Origin: a virus
DNA length: 37,337 nucleotides
IMG/VR virus record: IMGVR_UViG_3300049076_000010
Span: 1 to 37,337 of that record
Direction: 5' to 3' (one strand)
Shown here piece after piece: positions 33,060 through 37,337 of this stretch (positions are counted from its first letter, which is position 1; each line of letters starts with the position of its first letter). Both the position numbers and the translations under genes were made by a program. Below the pieces are notes generated by a model. The model was not told where the DNA came from and did not search any database. It worked only from the letters and a program-made list of their open reading frames with translations.

Positions 33060-33222
33060 AATCTGTATTAAGTAGGTGTAATACGTAGGCGATACGGTGG
33101 AATTTGTATTGAACATGAATTTCTCATGTCTCCATCAAAGGCCCGATGGGTGAAATTAATAATGCTACACAGTTAAAGGCAACAAGCTAGGTTCGCATCT
33201 AGCCACCTACTTAATACAGATT
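33060..33222 (+). ncRNA. Candidate structured RNA domain (or MITE/inverton-like DNA element) closed by a perfect 19-bp inverted repeat
   Basis: aatctgtattaagtaggtg (33060-78) is the exact reverse complement of cacctacttaatacagatt (33204-22). The 125 nt between them contain four local hairpins (33084-96, 33114-28, 33132-49, 33186-203). No ORF. Confidence 0.35.
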
Positions 33223-33385
33223 TGCTAATCATTTAAAACAGGTGGATATAACTATCATTAAGGGGATAGATAGTAATTTCCAAAGGTTACTTTTATATGT
33301 CCACCGCTTTTAGATGATTAGAAAGAATCCTTGCAAGGTAGTTAGAAATTATAGCGGTTTAATCCGTACGTGACGATTTCACGTG

Positions 33386-33459
33386 AGTATCTAGCCTGTA
33401 GCACATGGAGGTAAGCCGAGAGGTTAGGCCGTAGAAGTGTGTTATGGACTATGTATTTA
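33386..33459 (+). repeat. Conserved non-coding element, copy B (partner at 1966-2043)
   Basis: Carries the same three colinear blocks as copy A. It ends 20 nt before the ATG at 33480. Confidence 0.7.
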
Positions 33460-33479
33460 GATGATTTAATAGGAGAGAG

Positions 33480-33662
33480 ATGATGGCAAAAACCAAGATA
33501 GAGAATTTTACTTATTTGGCAATAGATTTGGATGGGTACACAGGGCTTGGTGAAACAGTTAAAGACGCATGCCATGCCCTTGAAGAAAGAAGCGAAGGTT
33601 ATGTTCGTGACTTTACTTTTTACAGATTAACTAGAATCAATGTTGAATTGATAGAGGTTTAA
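33480..33662 (+). CDS. Hypothetical protein (60 aa), first gene of the plus-strand early operon
   Basis: ORF track. RBS aggagagagATG. Confidence 0.5.
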   Translation: MMAKTKIENFTYLAIDLDGYTGLGETVKDACHALEERSEGYVRDFTFYRLTRINVELIEV

Positions 33663-33664
33663 TC

Positions 33665-33829
33665 ATGAACTTTTACGACTTAACCGATGAAGAATGGCAA
33701 GCAATGGCAAAGTATTTAAAGGCAGATAATAAAGCTGTTTACTGTAAGCCAGAAAGCCTTAAAACCTTTCATGTTCATACGAGTGTGGAAACGAATAAAC
33801 ATGATGCCATAACCGAGATTGTAAAATGA
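33665..33829 (+). CDS. Hypothetical small protein (54 aa)
   Basis: Hand-translated: MNFYDLTDEEWQAMAKYLKADNKAVYCKPESLKTFHVHTSVETNKHDAITEIVK*. ATGA overlap with the next gene. Confidence 0.45.
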   Translation: MNFYDLTDEEWQAMAKYLKADNKAVYCKPESLKTFHVHTSVETNKHDAITEIVK

Positions 33830-34287
33830 AAACGATTGAATCAGAAGAGTTTTACAACGTTTGCCAAGCCTACCGCCATGCTAAAGATTACGGCGAAAAT
33901 AGCGCATCTCTACGTTATCAAGAATTGATTGACTACATTGATGCATACGCAATACAAAATAACGAATTTAATGAAAAAGGATTAATCATGCCAATAGAAA
34001 CCATGCACGAAGAGTGTTTAGAGCGCCATAGAGACACTTTAAACGATAAGGTTGGTGACTATCTCGATTCTAACGATGCGTTGACTGTATCGCGTGAAAT
34101 TGATGAATATGCCGATAGTGAAGCGTTATGGTCAGCACAGCGTAGTTTACTAATAGCTTATCGTGAATTTGAAAACTCTAGCACTTTGTATTCAGCAATT
34201 AAGACTAAGCAAGAGTTTGAAGTATTTGCTGCCAGTTATTGCAAGCTAATGAATGAAGCTATTGAAAGAAAGTTACAACAAGATTAG
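33826..34287 (+). CDS. Acidic hypothetical protein (153 aa)
   Basis: ORF track. By my count 31 D+E versus 16 K+R. Confidence 0.6.
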   Translation: MKTIESEEFYNVCQAYRHAKDYGENSASLRYQELIDYIDAYAIQNNEFNEKGLIMPIETMHEECLERHRDTLNDKVGDYLDSNDALTVSREIDEYADSEALWSAQRSLLIAYREFENSSTLYSAIKTKQEFEVFAASYCKLMNEAIERKLQQD

Positions 34288-34338
34288 GTTAATCAGTGCA
34301 GTGATCTTAATTAGATCGTGCCGATTTGAAAGGGCGTT

Positions 34339-34689
34339 ATGAAATTATATAGATATAGGGATAGAGTTTCCGCTAATTACGATTATGAAAGTGGAAGAAT
34401 TACAAATCAACATATAGTCATAATTTGCGACGAATTTGAAGTAATAAAAGAAACGCAGTGTGGTGTTTGGATTGACGTTGGTAGAAAAAGATTTGTTAAA
34501 TCAAACACTACAAAAAAGTTTGCACATGTAAACAAGGATGATGCAATGACAAGCTTCATTAAAAGAAAAGAAAAACAGATTTCTATCCTTGCAAATCAAC
34601 TTGATAAGGCTAAAGAGGCTCACAAACTTGCTATTAACGGCCTTAGTGTAAGCACGCTGCCAATGTATTGGAATTTTCCAGAATCTTAA
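34339..34689 (+). CDS. Hypothetical protein (116 aa)
   Basis: ORF track. RBS gaaagggcgttATG. Confidence 0.6.
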   Translation: MKLYRYRDRVSANYDYESGRITNQHIVIICDEFEVIKETQCGVWIDVGRKRFVKSNTTKKFAHVNKDDAMTSFIKRKEKQISILANQLDKAKEAHKLAINGLSVSTLPMYWNFPES

Positions 34690-34742
34690 TTACGGCAGAA
34701 TGATTGCCAAGACCTGAAACAAGATTAACAAGAAAGGGTTAT

Positions 34743-34970
34743 ATGTACAAATCTACAGAATCAGTAAAACAGCAATATGAAGCAGCTAGATCAAAGCTTA
34801 ACACTAAAACCTTACGGGATGAGTTTGCAATGACTGCTATGAACGCTTACATCGACCCTTACTTTTTAAAGTCAGCAATGACCGAAGAAGAGGCTGAGTT
34901 ATTGTTCGAGAATTGTGCGAATTTTTCTTATCGAATGGCTGATGCAATGTTAAAGGCTAGGGAATCATGA
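34743..34970 (+). CDS. Hypothetical protein (75 aa from ATG)
   Basis: The ORF track starts at a non-ATG codon at 34704. ATG 34743 has RBS aagaaagggttatATG. Confidence 0.5.
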   Translation: MYKSTESVKQQYEAARSKLNTKTLRDEFAMTAMNAYIDPYFLKSAMTEEEAELLFENCANFSYRMADAMLKARES

Positions 34971-35113
34971 GCTACACAGGACTGTTCTTTGGTGGCGTGT
35001 TCTTAGGGTTTGGGGTTAGTGGTTTTTACTTCCCAGAATACATAACCCCGATAACTCACTTCTTCGGCTGGCTTAACGCAGCAATTTATTTCTCATTGGT
35101 GACTAAAAAATGA
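34967..35113 (+). CDS. Small membrane protein (48 aa)
   Basis: Hand-translated: MSYTGLFFGGVFLGFGVSGFYFPEYITPITHFFGWLNAAIYFSLVTKK*. ATGA overlaps at both ends. Confidence 0.4.
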   Translation: MSYTGLFFGGVFLGFGVSGFYFPEYITPITHFFGWLNAAIYFSLVTKK

Positions 35114-35274
35114 ATGATATATACGTAGGTATGGTATTAGGGGCTTTGGTGTGGCATGGGGTGATTAAGATATTACAGTTTATCAAAGAGTATGATAAAC
35201 AAACTTGTTGTACTTTTAGTAGAAAGAAAGCATTGACTAGGGCGTTTAAGAGCTTAAACCCTTTAGATGTTTAA
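35110..35274 (+). CDS. Small membrane protein (54 aa)
   Basis: Hand-translated: MNDIYVGMVLGALVWHGVIKILQFIKEYDKQTCCTFSRKKALTRAFKSLNPLDV*. ATGA-coupled. Confidence 0.4.
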   Translation: MNDIYVGMVLGALVWHGVIKILQFIKEYDKQTCCTFSRKKALTRAFKSLNPLDV

Positions 35275-35327
35275 TTAGATTGCAGGTCTTGACGGTACAT
35301 GATGCCGTAACAAAGTGAGGGTTATAT

Positions 35328-35663
35328 ATGTTTTTTTTATTCAATCAGAATAATTCTGGCGGTTCGTTTCATCTTGATAAGTCCACAGGGATTACCTGCT
35401 ATGTAATTGTTGAGGCAAGCAATGCAGATGAAGCAAATAGAATTGCCGAATCATTAGGTATTTACTTTGACGGTTGTGATACAGGTCAGGATTGTGAATG
35501 CTGTGGTGATCGTTGGTATCCTGTTGATTCAGGAGATTATAAAGATTCCCCCGAGATTTACGGTAAAAGCGTTTTTGATGAAGATAATAAATTTCATAGA
35601 ATAGAAGAGGATGGCTTTAATGTAGCCGTTCACTATAAAGACGGTTCAATTAAATGGGCTTAA
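35328..35663 (+). CDS. Hypothetical protein with CECCGDRW motif (111 aa)
   Basis: ORF track. RBS gtgagggttatatATG. The FNQNNSGGSF and CxCCGDRW motifs recur in uncharacterised phage proteins. Confidence 0.6.
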   Translation: MFFLFNQNNSGGSFHLDKSTGITCYVIVEASNADEANRIAESLGIYFDGCDTGQDCECCGDRWYPVDSGDYKDSPEIYGKSVFDEDNKFHRIEEDGFNVAVHYKDGSIKWA

Positions 35664-35695
35664 AGAGTCCGCAGAAACGCAACGCCAAACCTAAA
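35664..35695 (+). repeat. Same-sense conserved element, copy X (partner at 29720-29750 on minus)
   Basis: The plus strand reads AGAGTCCGCAG-aaac-GCAACGCCAA-a-CCTAAA, starting 1 nt after the stop of CDS 35328-35663. Confidence 0.65.
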
Positions 35696-35723
35696 TAACG
35701 TATGAACATGAAAGGGTTTTAAC

Positions 35724-35999
35724 ATGAAAAGTTTACTATTAATTGCACTACTACTTCCCATTACTGGCCAGGCTCAATGCTATGCGAATAATGGCGGTAT
35801 TTACTGTACCCCTGATTACCGCAATGACTATAACAGCCCTAAGATATACACACCTGATGGGGAGTATCGGGGTAACTTAAATGGCAATAAATACGATAGC
35901 AATTCTATCAGTAATCCTTACGGGCGCTATGGTTCCAAGTATTCAACCGAATCCATTAACAACCCGTATAACATTGATAATGGCTTTCAGGTTCGCTAG
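35724..35999 (+). CDS. Small secreted protein with NPY/YG repeats
   Basis: 91 aa. Signal MKSLLLIALLLPITGQA|QC. Repeated SISNPYGRYGSKYS / SINNPYN motifs. Confidence 0.6.
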   Translation: MKSLLLIALLLPITGQAQCYANNGGIYCTPDYRNDYNSPKIYTPDGEYRGNLNGNKYDSNSISNPYGRYGSKYSTESINNPYNIDNGFQVR

Positions 36000-36121
36000 T
36001 TGAAATAATATCCAATGTATGGCACTATTGACTTGTGGTCTCATGGAGATGAGCGCAAGTTGAAGGTGCTAACTCACTGGATAGCCACACTACTCAATCA
36101 CTGTTAGTTAGGACACACAAA

Positions 36122-36415
36122 ATGCAAACTATCAAACTAGTTGGAACAATATATTTCAACTCCACCACTTCTTGGCAGCCTTTTGGATTCATTGAAATTG
36201 ATCCGGATAATGAGATGTGGGATAAAGGCGAACCAAGATATATCAAAGTTGCGCCATATACTATTGAAATCGAAATGCCTGAAGGCTTTGACCCTGTAAA
36301 AGAAACATTAAAGGGCCTACAAGTACAACGCAAACTTATCTTGGCAGAAAACGAACAACGCTTGAATGTGATTGATGGCAAGATACAAGAACTTTTAGCA
36401 ATCGAGCATAAATAA
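36122..36415 (+). CDS. Hypothetical protein (97 aa)
   Basis: ORF track. Preferred over the antisense ORF 36094-36420, which is Cys/Ser/Ile-rich. Confidence 0.55.
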   Translation: MQTIKLVGTIYFNSTTSWQPFGFIEIDPDNEMWDKGEPRYIKVAPYTIEIEMPEGFDPVKETLKGLQVQRKLILAENEQRLNVIDGKIQELLAIEHK

Positions 36416-36612
36416 TGCAAGAACCTATCAGCAAGTTACAGGAAGAAGAGCATCAGCAAGAATTGCTAACTAGAAAATCTTTTGATGATTGGGTCAATAA
36501 ACTTCCACAGGACAAATTTGATAAGCTGTGGCTTGAAGAAAATGAAAATAGTTTTGTTGACTGCTATATAAAAGAACACGGCTTAGACTTAGATTCAGTA
36601 TTCACTGATTAA
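36415..36612 (+). CDS. Hypothetical protein (65 aa)
   Basis: ORF track. TAATG overlap with the upstream gene. Confidence 0.5.
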   Translation: MQEPISKLQEEEHQQELLTRKSFDDWVNKLPQDKFDKLWLEENENSFVDCYIKEHGLDLDSVFTD

Positions 36613-36659
36613 TGTTATACTTTAAACAGACTTAAGAATTTATAGAATTGGAGAATTAA

Positions 36660-37319
36660 ATGAGTATCGCTACCATGATATTAGGACAATCAGGCACAGG
36701 TAAATCTACCAGCCTACGCAATATGCAACCCGAACAAACTTTACTGATTCAGGCAGTCAAAAAACCATTACCTTTCCGCGCTAAAGAATGGGCTTATTAC
36801 GACAAAGAAACCACGCCTAAAGGCAATCTATTTGTCACTGATAACTCAGCACAGATCATTAAAATAATGCAAGCCACGCAGCGCCCCATCATTATCATTG
36901 ATGACTTCCAGTATATTCTGGCAAATGAATTTATGCGCCGTGTTTTAGATAAAGAAACAGGCAATGCTGCTTTTGCAAAATACAATGAGATTGCCCGTAA
37001 TGCCTGGGATATTCTTATGGCAGCGTCAAACCTTGAAGGCAATAAGCGCGTGTATATCTTAGGCCATACGCAGGAAGATGACAATGGCAAGATTAAGGCT
37101 AAAACTATCGGCAAACTATTGGATGAAAAGATTACCGTAGAAGGCTTGGTAACGCTTGTATTACGCACGCACGTAATTAATGGGGCCTACATATTCAGCA
37201 CTAAAAATAATGGTGTGGACACCGTTAAAACGCCTTTGGGTATGTTTGAGGACGAGCATATCGAAAACGACTTGTTAGCAGTCGATAAAGCTATCACAGA
37301 GTATTACGACATTAAATAA
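36660..37319 (+). CDS. P-loop ATPase, Sak4/AAA_24-like recombination protein
   Basis: 219 aa. Walker A GQSGTGKST. Walker B IIIIDDFQ. GGAG RBS. Followed across the circular junction by the SSB-like and Gp157-like genes. Confidence 0.55.
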   Translation: MSIATMILGQSGTGKSTSLRNMQPEQTLLIQAVKKPLPFRAKEWAYYDKETTPKGNLFVTDNSAQIIKIMQATQRPIIIIDDFQYILANEFMRRVLDKETGNAAFAKYNEIARNAWDILMAASNLEGNKRVYILGHTQEDDNGKIKAKTIGKLLDEKITVEGLVTLVLRTHVINGAYIFSTKNNGVDTVKTPLGMFEDEHIENDLLAVDKAITEYYDIK

Positions 37320-37337
37320 TTTAGGAGTTATAACATG
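37211..37337. repeat. Terminal overlap copy 2, identical to 1-127
   Basis: See the first feature. Confidence 0.9.

Noticed and set aside
33186-33203. tRNA T-arm-like hairpin gctag-GTTCGCAT-ctagc, considered as part of a tRNA or tmRNA-like gene
   Set aside because: The loop is 8 nt rather than the canonical 7. No acceptor, D or anticodon arms can be drawn around it. The adjacent 19-bp helix is incompatible with a tRNA.
33342-33575. 77-aa minus-strand ORF spanning the conserved element and the first plus-strand gene
   Set aside because: It has no RBS and the product is Cys-rich and odd in composition. It overlaps a plus-strand ORF that has a good RBS (aggagagagATG), and it would be transcribed against the early promoter.
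36094-36420. 108-aa minus-strand ORF overlapping 36122-36415 (+)
   Set aside because: The product is Cys/Ser/Ile-rich. It lies inside a uniformly plus-strand operon. The plus-strand ORF has start-stop coupling with the next gene.

Overview
The window is one complete, circularly closed tailed-phage genome. Bases 1-127 recur exactly at 37211-37337, which looks like an assembler overlap, so the unique length is 37210 bp.

Minus strand, read from about 32.9 kb down to 2.8 kb:
- a Cro-like HTH gene, then about 12 small early genes;
- a replication module: DUF1376-type initiator, primase-type zinc-finger protein, DnaB/gp4-like helicase;
- an RHH / ParB(IbrB-like) / unknown / PAPS-reductase(IbrA-like) cassette that appears to have its own promoter;
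- a nin-type region (NinB, NinG/Rap) and a lambda-type Q antiterminator, followed by a 425-nt leader containing a strong intrinsic terminator;
- a P22-like podovirus morphogenesis module: small terminase candidate, TerL, portal, scaffold, P22-type coat, gp4-like adaptor, gp10-like hub, three ejection-type proteins, tail fibre;
- a lysis cassette.

Plus strand (about 32.95 kb, through the circular junction, to 2.85 kb):
- a consensus-like promoter followed by about 500 nt of ORF-free, heavily structured leader;
- small early genes, two Sec-signal proteins, and a recombination module (P-loop Sak4-like ATPase, SSB-like, Gp157-like).

I saw no integrase, CI-type repressor, tRNA, CRISPR array or transposase.

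The most unusual signals are non-coding:
- nested long-range helices in the early leader, including a perfect 19-bp inverted repeat;
- a roughly 75-nt element present twice in the same orientation;
- a roughly 32-nt same-sense element on both divergent early transcripts;
- a 17-nt repeated leader.

The ParB/PAPS-reductase cassette is the most interesting coding feature. All family names come from motif recognition by eye. No database search or folding program was run.
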